Source: Candidatus Calditenuaceae archaeon
Lineage (GTDB): Archaea; Thermoproteota; Nitrososphaeria_A; Caldarchaeales; Calditenuaceae
Reading direction: 5' to 3'
NCBI GenBank assembly: GCA_025059595.1
Contig: JANXDI010000015.1
Location: 25,872-89,871, forward strand
DNA length: 64,000 nt
A model generated the notes under the pieces. The model worked only from the letters and a program-made list of their open reading frames with translations. It was not told the origin of the DNA and did no database searches. Shown here one piece after another: positions 19,244-27,131 of the stretch (its first letter is position 1; each line of letters begins with the position of its first letter). The position numbers were made by a program, and so were the translations under genes.

Positions 19244-19657
19244 TTACTGGGATTGATTTAAGCGTTGACCTGTGCCTTTTTCTTTTTCTAACTTTAAAAA
19301 AACGAGGCCGCGACTGGCAAGCATCTGAAGGTAGCGGAGCAGACTGATCTCCGCCTCCTCTCGAGTCATCTTGAAACTCTTCACAAGCAAATCAGCTATG
19401 TCTCCAACGCTTCTTTCACCGTCTATCTTCTCCCAGACAAACCCCCCGACCCTATCGAGAACGTATGTCCGGAATTCGGGCAAAGGCAGCAGTCGCTGGA
19501 GCACGCCTCGTGGCTGCGGCATCTTCAGCTTCACTGTCAATTCACCTGATGAATCCTGCATGGTCTCTGCGCTGGGGTTCTTGAGGGGTATCATTCTGAG
19601 GGCCTCCTCGAGACTGATTGCGGGGCCCCGTGGCACGCGTCTCCTGAAAAACCTCAA
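19244..19657 (-). CDS. PqqD-family protein (RiPP recognition element-like peptide chaperone)
   Basis: 137 aa. The C-terminal half matches the PqqD consensus (LDRVGGFVWEKIDGERSVGDIADLLVKSFKMTREEAEISLLRYLQMLASRGLV). Confidence 0.6.
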   Translation of the reverse strand: MRFFRRRVPRGPAISLEEALRMIPLKNPSAETMQDSSGELTVKLKMPQPRGVLQRLLPLPEFRTYVLDRVGGFVWEKIDGERSVGDIADLLVKSFKMTREEAEISLLRYLQMLASRGLVFLKLEKEKGTGQRLNQSQ

Positions 19658-19735
19658 ACCCTTCCACCAGTCAAAGTGTTGTATTGGAGATTTTAAAATT
19701 ACTTTCCACGGCGATAAGAGTTATAAGTTGCAACG

Positions 19736-21139
19736 ATGGGTAAAATCGTAATGTCGCGGAAAGTGGTTCTTGGTGACGATGAGCTACCAACAGAGTGGTA
19801 TAATATTCTGCCGGACCTCCCTAAGCCTCTTCCACCACCCATAGACCCGACTACCAAGGCTCCAGGACCCGGCATCCTGCCGCGGCTCTTCACTAAGGAG
19901 CAGTTGAGCCAGGAGATGAGTGGTGAAAGGTGGATTAGAATTCCTGACGAGGTTAGAGATGCGTATAGGCTTTGGAGGCCGACTCCGCTTATTCGCGCTG
20001 TGAGGCTTGAGAGAGCTCTTAAGACGCCGGCAAAAATATATTACAAGTTTGAGGGCGTCTCGCCTCCTGGCTCACATAAGCCGAACACGGCGGTAGCTCA
20101 GGCCTACTATTACATGAAAGAGGGTGTCGAGAGGGTTACGACGGAGACTGGTGCGGGGCAGTGGGGTAGCGCTCTCGCCTTCGCCTGCATGCTCTTTGGT
20201 CTTAAGGCTACGGTTTACATGGTTAGAGCAAGTTACGACCAGAAGCCTTACCGCAGAATTTTGATGCAGGCGTGGGGGGCGGAGATTTTGCCTAGTCCCA
20301 GCGATAGGACTGAGTTTGGGAGAAAGATTCTGGCGTCTGACCCTAAAAACCCTGGCAGCCTTGGTATAGCAATTAGCGAGGCAATAGAGGACTCTCTGAG
20401 CCATGACAACGTGAAATACAGCATAGGCAGCGTGGCGAATCACGTCTTGCTCCACCAGACCGTTCAGGGGCTAGAGGCCAAGAAGCAGTTGGAGCAGCTG
20501 GACGAATATCCGGACATAGTTGCAGGCTGTGTGGGCGGCGGGAGTAGCTTCTCCGGCCTCTTCTGGCCCTTCTACTATGACAAGGTCACAAAGAAGGCGC
20601 CGAAAAATGTAAAGTTTGTGGGTACGGAGCCGACGGCCTGCCCCACCATGACTAAGGGGATTTACACATATGACTTCGGAGACACAGCGAGACTGACTCC
20701 CATGTTACCCATGTATACGCTAGGCTCCGACTTCATTCCCCCGCCAATTCACGCAGGTGGTCTGAGGTATCACGGCGACGCACCGACCCTCTGCCTCCTC
20801 TTAAAGGAGGGATACATTGAGCCGAGAGCGTATAATCAGGTCGAGGTCTTCGAGGCCGCTACAATCTTCGCCCGGACCGAGGGGCTCCTGCCTGCTCCGG
20901 AGCCGAGCCACACGATAAAATTCGTAATCGACGAAGCCCTCAAATGTAAGAGGACTGGTGAGGAGAAGGTTATTCTGTTCAACCTCTGCGGCCACGGGTT
21001 CTTCGACCTCCAAGCGTATCAGGAATTCTTCGAAGGGAGACTCCAGCCATGGGAATATCCTGAAGCCGAGGTCAAGAAATCCATCGATCGCCTCTTATCA
21101 GAATATCCATGGGTGAAGGACCTACCATATCTCAAGTAG
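19736..21139 (+). CDS. trpB2: TrpB2-type tryptophan synthase beta-like PLP enzyme (stand-alone, no trpA neighbour)
   Basis: 467 aa, the length typical of TrpB2. It has PLP-fold motifs ([31 protein letters not shown]). Confidence 0.85.
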   Translation: MGKIVMSRKVVLGDDELPTEWYNILPDLPKPLPPPIDPTTKAPGPGILPRLFTKEQLSQEMSGERWIRIPDEVRDAYRLWRPTPLIRAVRLERALKTPAKIYYKFEGVSPPGSHKPNTAVAQAYYYMKEGVERVTTETGAGQWGSALAFACMLFGLKATVYMVRASYDQKPYRRILMQAWGAEILPSPSDRTEFGRKILASDPKNPGSLGIAISEAIEDSLSHDNVKYSIGSVANHVLLHQTVQGLEAKKQLEQLDEYPDIVAGCVGGGSSFSGLFWPFYYDKVTKKAPKNVKFVGTEPTACPTMTKGIYTYDFGDTARLTPMLPMYTLGSDFIPPPIHAGGLRYHGDAPTLCLLLKEGYIEPRAYNQVEVFEAATIFARTEGLLPAPEPSHTIKFVIDEALKCKRTGEEKVILFNLCGHGFFDLQAYQEFFEGRLQPWEYPEAEVKKSIDRLLSEYPWVKDLPYLK

Positions 21140-21196
21140 CGTCATATAGCCTATGAGAGATTTAATAATTAGACCCGGGACCCAGTTATCTAGGAA

Positions 21197-21358
21197 TTGG
21201 TCCTAACGGACACGTTTTTGATTCAGCTGGCCCAGAGGAGGAGGCTCCATTATAAAATCTGCAGAAGATGCGGTGCTAGAAATCCTCCTGACGCTGAAAA
21301 ATGCAGGAAATGCAGGAGCCTTAATCTAAGGTGGAAGAAGAGAGAACTCAAGAGATAA
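21197..21358 (+). CDS. rpl40e: 50S ribosomal protein L40e (missed by the ORF track because it is 53 aa and starts with TTG)
   Basis: The translation is MVLTDTFLIQLAQRRRLHYKICRRCGARNPPDAEKCRKCRSLNLRWKKRELKR. It matches archaeal L40e, including the C4 zinc knuckle KICRxCxxxN....CRKC and the basic tail. An in-frame stop (tag) sits 2 codons upstream of the TTG, and there is no in-frame ATG. Confidence 0.7.
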   Translation: MVLTDTFLIQLAQRRRLHYKICRRCGARNPPDAEKCRKCRSLNLRWKKRELKR

Positions 21359-21389
21359 TACTTACAGGAATCCTCGTGTCTGGTTTAGT

Positions 21390-22175
21390 TCACTCCTTCT
21401 CCTTCACTTTAAGGTGGGTTGTCTTGAGAGGTATTGAGGAGAAGGCTGGGTGTATTTCGACTGAGAGGTCTCTCTTATCCGGTGGAGCGGCGATTACCCA
21501 TGCGTATTTGATTCCGCTTGGAGATGTCCCTACATTCGGATGATACCCCTTCTCTATCAAGACTACGTCACCGTCTCTGACGAGGTAAGCATCCTCCCCC
21601 CATTCATCCATCAAGAGCTGGACGCCGAAGCCAGGTGACATGCCGTAAAAGATGTAGGCCTCCGGCTTACCGTCGTGCCTATGCGGGGGATAGCTTGTCC
21701 AAGAGCCTCCGACCCCCTCCGTGTATCCCGCCAAGAACCGGTCCACGGGGTCGTCTACACCTATCATGAGGTAAATGTGCCTGGCATAGCAGTCTTGGCC
21801 GGACTCGATTTTCTCCGAGTCGCCGAGCCGCTTGATGAACTGGCTCCGCTGATTGACTCCTTTTGCCTCAGCGACGTAAATGCTGGCTTCGCCTTCCACT
21901 TCCACCCTCAACGGTGCTCCGGAGGGCGAGTAGAGCATGTCCCTAACACCTAGTCTCTCTCCATTCACGTTTGCCTCGCCGTCGGTTGAGAAGATTAGCC
22001 GCTCGCATTCACAGGCACTCATCTCGAAGCTTCCCCGCTCCTTAGCTCTAAAGCGGTAAAGGGAGAAGTCACCTGTCTTGAATAGCCTCTCAAGGCGGCC
22101 GTACACAGCTTCAGACCTTATCAAAGCTCCCCTCAAACCTGAGAACGCACCGGCCAGCTTATTTTGGAGATTCAC
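21390..22175 (-). CDS. IolB/KduI-family cupin (5-deoxy-glucuronate isomerase-like)
   Basis: 261 aa. It has the cupin motif SYPPHRHD plus EAYIFYG, as in IolB/KduI. Confidence 0.6.
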   Translation of the reverse strand: MNLQNKLAGAFSGLRGALIRSEAVYGRLERLFKTGDFSLYRFRAKERGSFEMSACECERLIFSTDGEANVNGERLGVRDMLYSPSGAPLRVEVEGEASIYVAEAKGVNQRSQFIKRLGDSEKIESGQDCYARHIYLMIGVDDPVDRFLAGYTEGVGGSWTSYPPHRHDGKPEAYIFYGMSPGFGVQLLMDEWGEDAYLVRDGDVVLIEKGYHPNVGTSPSGIKYAWVIAAPPDKRDLSVEIHPAFSSIPLKTTHLKVKEKE

Positions 22176-23172
22176 GCCCCGTTATCTCGTCAATCCTCTT
22201 CAGGTCGTCTGAACTGAGCTTAACGTCGACGGCGGCCAGATTCTCCTCAAGCTGCTCGGGCCTCGTGGAGCCTATGATTGGCGCGGTTACCTCGGGCCGG
22301 TGTAGCAGCCAAGCGAGGCTGAGTTGAGATAATGTTATTCCCTTCTCCTTCACCATCAGCGCGAGCTCTTCCACGATCTTGAGGTTCCTCTCGGTGAGAA
22401 GAGGATTTACTGTTGGGCTGTAGGTTGACCTCGCATCCCGCCCTACTCCCCCCAAATACCTACCCGCCAAGAGCCCCTGGGCAAGAGGCGAATAGCATAT
22501 CACGCCAAGACCTGTCTGCCGAACTAATGGAAAGAGCTTCTCCTCGGCGTCGCGCTGGAGGAGGTTGTAAAGCGGCTGGACGCTCACAAACTTCACGAGA
22601 CCTAACCTCTCAGACACCGCGAGGGCTTGGGATATCTGCCAAGCTTCAAAGTTTGAGCACCCGACGTAGTGGACGAGGCCAGAGTTTACGAGGTCGTCGA
22701 ACGTCCTCATGGTTTCCTCGAGAGGAGCCGAATTATCGTATCCATGTGCCTGATAAAGGTCGATGTAGCTGGTCTGAAGTCTTGAGAGGCTGTCTTTCAC
22801 CGACTTCATTATGTGCTTCCTCGATAAACCTTCATCATTAGGGCCTGTTCCCATCGGAAATCTGACCTTCGTGGCGATGACCAGAGACTCCCGGTCGACA
22901 GTCTGAAGAAACCTTCCCAAGAGCCTCTCAGCGTAGCCGACATGCGTCACAGGCACCGGAGCTATCGCACCATGATAACGGTTCGCGGTATCAATTGTGT
23001 TTATCCCCATGTCAACCGCCTTTCTCCAAAGCCTTATTGTCGCTTCTTCGTTGATTTTTCTGACCCCATAAGAGTCCACTTCTGGGAGAGTTGGGAGATA
23101 CCATGTTCCAAGAATAAGGCATGAGACTTTTAGCCCGCTATTTCCAAGCCTCCTATACTGGATAGGCATCAC
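22159..23172 (-). CDS. aldo/keto reductase
   Basis: 337 aa with the AKR N-terminus (YRRLGNSGLKVSCLILGTW) and AKR catalytic tetrad context. It overlaps livF by 4 bp. Confidence 0.85.
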   Translation of the reverse strand: MMPIQYRRLGNSGLKVSCLILGTWYLPTLPEVDSYGVRKINEEATIRLWRKAVDMGINTIDTANRYHGAIAPVPVTHVGYAERLLGRFLQTVDRESLVIATKVRFPMGTGPNDEGLSRKHIMKSVKDSLSRLQTSYIDLYQAHGYDNSAPLEETMRTFDDLVNSGLVHYVGCSNFEAWQISQALAVSERLGLVKFVSVQPLYNLLQRDAEEKLFPLVRQTGLGVICYSPLAQGLLAGRYLGGVGRDARSTYSPTVNPLLTERNLKIVEELALMVKEKGITLSQLSLAWLLHRPEVTAPIIGSTRPEQLEENLAAVDVKLSSDDLKRIDEITGRESPK

Positions 23173-23882
23173 GCGCCACCTAGCCCAAGATACATGCGCC
23201 CAAGCTCCTTATTATTGAGGAGCTCAGACGGGTCGCCCTCAAACAACACTCGGCCACCGACCAGCAGAACCGCGTGGTCTGAGAGCTGGAGAGCCTTAAT
23301 CACGCTCTGCTCAGCTATTAAAAGCGTAAACCCGTGCTCATCCCTCAGCCTCCTCACAACATCAAACACTGTGTTGACCATTTTTGGAGCCAGATTTGCC
23401 GTAGGCTCGTCAAGCATGATGACCTGCGGCCTCCTCATAAGGGCCATGCCTATCGAGAGCATCTGCCTCTCCCCCCCACTCAGGCTAGAAGCCTTCCTTC
23501 CGAGCATCTCTCGGAGAAATGGGAAGAGCTGGAAGACTTCTTCGGTCCTCTCCCTCCTCTCCTCCTCAGAGAGCATGTACCCACTCATAATCAGGTTTTC
23601 TCTCACGGTGAGGCCCGTGAACAGGTTGTTGAGCTGGGGGAGATAAGCTATGCCCAAACGCGCTATCTCGTGAGGGGGCTTTCCAGCAATCTCGACGCCA
23701 TTGAACCTGATGGACCCCTCAATAATGTTGGTCTGACCGAAAATTGTCTTGAGCAGCGTGCTTTTTCCACTTCCGTTGGGCCCCAGTATCGCTGTTATCC
23801 GCCCCTTCTTAGCGCTCATCGAGACTCCAAAGAGTATCTGCAATTTGCCATATCCGGCGTCGACATTCTTAACGGAAATCAA
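23169..23882 (-). CDS. livF: HAAT-family ABC transporter ATP-binding protein (LivF-like)
   Basis: 237 aa with Walker A GPNGSGKST, LSGGERQML and Walker B IMLDEPT. Confidence 0.85.
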   Translation of the reverse strand: MISVKNVDAGYGKLQILFGVSMSAKKGRITAILGPNGSGKSTLLKTIFGQTNIIEGSIRFNGVEIAGKPPHEIARLGIAYLPQLNNLFTGLTVRENLIMSGYMLSEEERRERTEEVFQLFPFLREMLGRKASSLSGGERQMLSIGMALMRRPQVIMLDEPTANLAPKMVNTVFDVVRRLRDEHGFTLLIAEQSVIKALQLSDHAVLLVGGRVLFEGDPSELLNNKELGRMYLGLGGA

Positions 23883-24649
23883 GCTAGCTTCTCACCGAGA
23901 TAACTCTCAACCACGTCTGGAATCGAGAGGACGTGTTCAGGAGACCCATCAGCTATGAGCCTCCCGTTGAACATTGCGAGAACCCTGTCTGCATGCTTTA
24001 TAGCCAAGTCCAGCCTATGCTCAACGAGAAGCGTCGCCAGCCTGAGCTCATAGACGGAGCTTCGAATGTGTGATAGGACGGACTCTGCTATGACCGGGTT
24101 AAGCCCGGCGGTGGGCTCGTCCATTAAAATGACCTTAGCACCGCTCATGATTACCCTCCCCAGCTCGAGGAGCTTCATCTGGCCGCCACTAAGCTTCCCC
24201 GCGGGCTGGTCTTTAAGCTTGTCAAGCCCAACGAGTTCCATGATATGAAGGGCCCTCTCGGTAAGCGCAAGCTCCTCTCTTATCCAACGCCGTCTGAAGG
24301 GCGCGTATCTTATCTTCTCCCCAACCATCATCCCAGCGGCTATCAATAAGTTGTCTAAAACTGTTAGGCTTGGGAAGATTCTCGCGGTCTGAAAAGTTCT
24401 GATTATTCCGATACCGAAACGCTCGTGAGGCTTCAGATGCGTGATGTCCTCGCCGTTCATCAATATCTTCCCTTCGTCTGGGTAGTAATAGCCTGCAATC
24501 AGGTTAATCAGAGTACTCTTTCCGCTACCGTTAGGGCCTATTAGAAGCGAGAAGACACCCTCATTAAGCGAGAGGTAAACGCCCTCGACGGCGCGAATGC
24601 CGCCGAACCTCTTCTCCAAACCTAGGCATTTCACTAGCCCATCGTCCAA
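23879..24649 (-). CDS. livG: HAAT-family ABC transporter ATP-binding protein (LivG-like)
   Basis: It has Walker A GPNGSGKST, LSGGQMKLLELGR and Walker B ILMDEPT. The listed ORF (to 24808) runs 128 bp into the upstream substrate-binding-protein gene. The real start is probably the TTG at 24649 or the GTG at 24634 (..LVKCLGLEKRFGG), just downstream of the binding protein's stop. Confidence 0.8.
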   Translation of the reverse strand: MDDGLVKCLGLEKRFGGIRAVEGVYLSLNEGVFSLLIGPNGSGKSTLINLIAGYYYPDEGKILMNGEDITHLKPHERFGIGIIRTFQTARIFPSLTVLDNLLIAAGMMVGEKIRYAPFRRRWIREELALTERALHIMELVGLDKLKDQPAGKLSGGQMKLLELGRVIMSGAKVILMDEPTAGLNPVIAESVLSHIRSSVYELRLATLLVEHRLDLAIKHADRVLAMFNGRLIADGSPEHVLSIPDVVESYLGEKLA

Positions 24650-24680
24650 ACCCTTAAAAAATCTTGAAATATTTCCGAAT

Positions 24681-26144
24681 TTAAGTGTATTTCCCTCTGT
24701 ACTCGGCTGCCCATTCAACACTGTCTGTTGAAGCCCTGTAGGTGCCCACGACCCTCCACTCGAGCTTGTCGCCAACCTTTTCGATAGCCCAGACGTCGTA
24801 GTCACCACCTACCCTGTCACCGCTCTCGTTAAGAATTGCCCAACCCGAGGCCCCGAAATATTGGCTACTTACGCTAGGCAACACAGCCTTGACGGCCGTC
24901 GTGTCGTACTTGTCAGCCGTGATAATTGACAGGACAATTATCCATAGGATGTCATACATGGTGTAGGTGTATGTCTCCGGTTCCCTTCCATATACCTGTC
25001 TTACATGGTTTCTAACGCGGTCGAATATGTCGCTTGTGGTCGCCGCGAATATCGTGTGTAAGAATTTTGTGTCGACGTTGAACTGGGCGGCTGCAGGGTC
25101 GTTCTGAATGTCTCCTGAGCCGGCGGTGCCGTCGCTTCCAAACCATCTCACGGACCTCAGCACGTCACGCTTCGCTGCCTCCTGCAGAATCAACACGCCC
25201 TCCTCAAACGAGATTAAATGGACTGCAACAGCCTCCTTCCCGTGCTTCGCAATCGCGTCCCTAACCTTACTCTCGAGCGTTGCAACTTCCGTGGCGAACT
25301 CCTTCGCGTCAGGGTTATACCTAATCCCCGAGTCAACAGCCCCTCCGAGCCTCTTAAACGCGCTCTCAGTAGCGCTCTTCAGCCCATCGCCGTAAGTATC
25401 GCCCCTCCACATGGGCACGTAGAACTTGATACCCGCGTCCCACATTAGCCGAGCTAAAGCAGGCCCCTGCTTCCTGTCATCTGCGATCAGCCTAAAAACG
25501 TTGTCTCCGGGAACGGCTAGGTCTACAGCCGTAGAAGATTGGCTTACGACTAATATGTTGTTCTCGTCGGCGTATGTCTTTAAGTTCCTAATTTCACGGC
25601 TGCTCAGGGGGCCAGCGACCATCTTGATTCCTCGCGCAGCGAGTGCTTGAAGCTTAGCTAGAGCCTGCTCAGGCTGAGTCGCGGTATCCTCGATCTCCAA
25701 AACAACCCTGAGGTTTGGGTTAACTTTGGACAGCCAGTTGTTTATGTCGTCCCTTGCCAGTTCGAGAGATGCCTTATGGTTCTCCCCGAATGTCCTGAGG
25801 TCGCCTGAGAGGGAGAGCAAAGCTCCGATTCTTATCTCGCCGGTCAGAGTAACTTTCTTGTCAACAAGTGATGCGGGAATGTATGGCAGCCCGTCTCCAA
25901 GTTTAACTACAGCTTGCTCGAGAAGCGGCGGCAAGGGCTTCACGGGTTGAGGCTGCTGAAGCTCCTGCCTCACTGTAGTCGTCAAGACGACGGTCCTCTG
26001 CTGAACGACGGTGGTTGTCAGAGTAGAGGGTGGGCTCAGCGTCGGCGCAGCGAAAATCCCTATAACGCCACCGACAATTAGACCTACAACGAGTAAACCT
26101 ACAGCTGCAACCGTAGATACGGCGTATGTTTTACTCCTGTTCAT
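24681..26144 (-). CDS. Liv-type (periplasmic binding protein type 1) substrate-binding lipo/anchored protein with a Thr-rich linker
   Basis: 487 aa. An N-terminal TM anchor and a Thr/Val/Gln-rich linker, typical of archaeal SBPs, are followed by a PBP1 LivJ/K-like domain. Confidence 0.8.
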   Translation of the reverse strand: MNRSKTYAVSTVAAVGLLVVGLIVGGVIGIFAAPTLSPPSTLTTTVVQQRTVVLTTTVRQELQQPQPVKPLPPLLEQAVVKLGDGLPYIPASLVDKKVTLTGEIRIGALLSLSGDLRTFGENHKASLELARDDINNWLSKVNPNLRVVLEIEDTATQPEQALAKLQALAARGIKMVAGPLSSREIRNLKTYADENNILVVSQSSTAVDLAVPGDNVFRLIADDRKQGPALARLMWDAGIKFYVPMWRGDTYGDGLKSATESAFKRLGGAVDSGIRYNPDAKEFATEVATLESKVRDAIAKHGKEAVAVHLISFEEGVLILQEAAKRDVLRSVRWFGSDGTAGSGDIQNDPAAAQFNVDTKFLHTIFAATTSDIFDRVRNHVRQVYGREPETYTYTMYDILWIIVLSIITADKYDTTAVKAVLPSVSSQYFGASGWAILNESGDRVGGDYDVWAIEKVGDKLEWRVVGTYRASTDSVEWAAEYRGKYT

Positions 26145-26216
26145 GGTATGCTATGATAAATAGTTTAGACTATATAAACTTTAAATTGACCGGCCGGCTA
26201 GGTAACGGACAGACTC

Positions 26217-27131
26217 TTGATAGACCCGGCAATAATCAACACTCTGATTTTCTCCGGTATAGCTTCCATGTCGAGCGTCGGCTTAACCCTAACTTACCTT
26301 ACTACACGCGTCCCCAACTTCGCCCACGGGTCCTTCCTCACGGTTGGCGCCTATGTGGCCGTTTACTGGGCCCAGATTCTTAGAAGGAGCCCATACGAGG
26401 TGCTAATTCTGTCTGCACTTCTCGGAGGGTTACTTGCCGTGGCACAGTATAAGATTATCCTAAATCCTTTGAGAAAGAGAGGGGCTTCGTCCACATATCT
26501 GATGATTGCGACACTTACAGTCGCGTTCTTCATATTTGGGGTGATGAGCATATTAGCTGACTATTTCGGCCGAGTCTATAGGGTAAGGACAAACTACATC
26601 TCCCTCAGGTCGTTTGACTTCGTGATAGCTTCAGTCCCGTTTGTGATGTTTCTCGCGATAGCATCAGTCGTCACTTCAACAATCCTCCTTTACATCTTCC
26701 TAAACAAGACGAGGCTTGGTGTTGCGATGAGGGCTTCCATCGAGAACCCAGACTTGGCTCAGGTATTGGGTATAGATATTGAGAGGATGTACCTACTTGC
26801 TTGGTTTATCAGCGGGTCTCTGGGAGGACTCTCTGGCTTGATGTATGCTATGTGGCTTCCTGTGACGACGACTTCAGGGGACGAGTTCCTTCCGACGATA
26901 TTTGCGTCGAGCATTTTGGGTGGGCTTTCCAGCATTTTCGGCTCCCTAGCCGGAGGAGTCTTGGTGGGGGCAGCTAATTCAGTTATTCCGCAGATAATAG
27001 CGGCCATGGGCTTCACAGAGATAATACAGTATCGGCCTGTTATTCCACTACTCATAATGTCCGTGGTCCTCCTAACCATTCCACGGGGACTGACATCCCT
27101 AACGTTTCGGACGGTGAGGCCTAGTAAATGA
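26217..27131 (+). CDS. livH: HAAT-family ABC permease (LivH-like)
   Basis: 304 aa polytopic protein with the LivH family arrangement. It is divergent from the SBP gene. Confidence 0.8.
   Translation: MIDPAIINTLIFSGIASMSSVGLTLTYLTTRVPNFAHGSFLTVGAYVAVYWAQILRRSPYEVLILSALLGGLLAVAQYKIILNPLRKRGASSTYLMIATLTVAFFIFGVMSILADYFGRVYRVRTNYISLRSFDFVIASVPFVMFLAIASVVTSTILLYIFLNKTRLGVAMRASIENPDLAQVLGIDIERMYLLAWFISGSLGGLSGLMYAMWLPVTTTSGDEFLPTIFASSILGGLSSIFGSLAGGVLVGAANSVIPQIIAAMGFTEIIQYRPVIPLLIMSVVLLTIPRGLTSLTFRTVRPSK

Noticed and set aside
19371-19751. A 126-aa plus-strand ORF antisense to the PqqD-like gene
   Set aside because: It has no motifs, and the opposite-strand PqqD-like reading frame has a clear family match.
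24681-24808. A genuine protein-coding overlap between the SBP and livG
   Set aside because: The overlapping N-terminal extension lacks LivG similarity, so this is an ORF-calling artefact (see the livG start finding).
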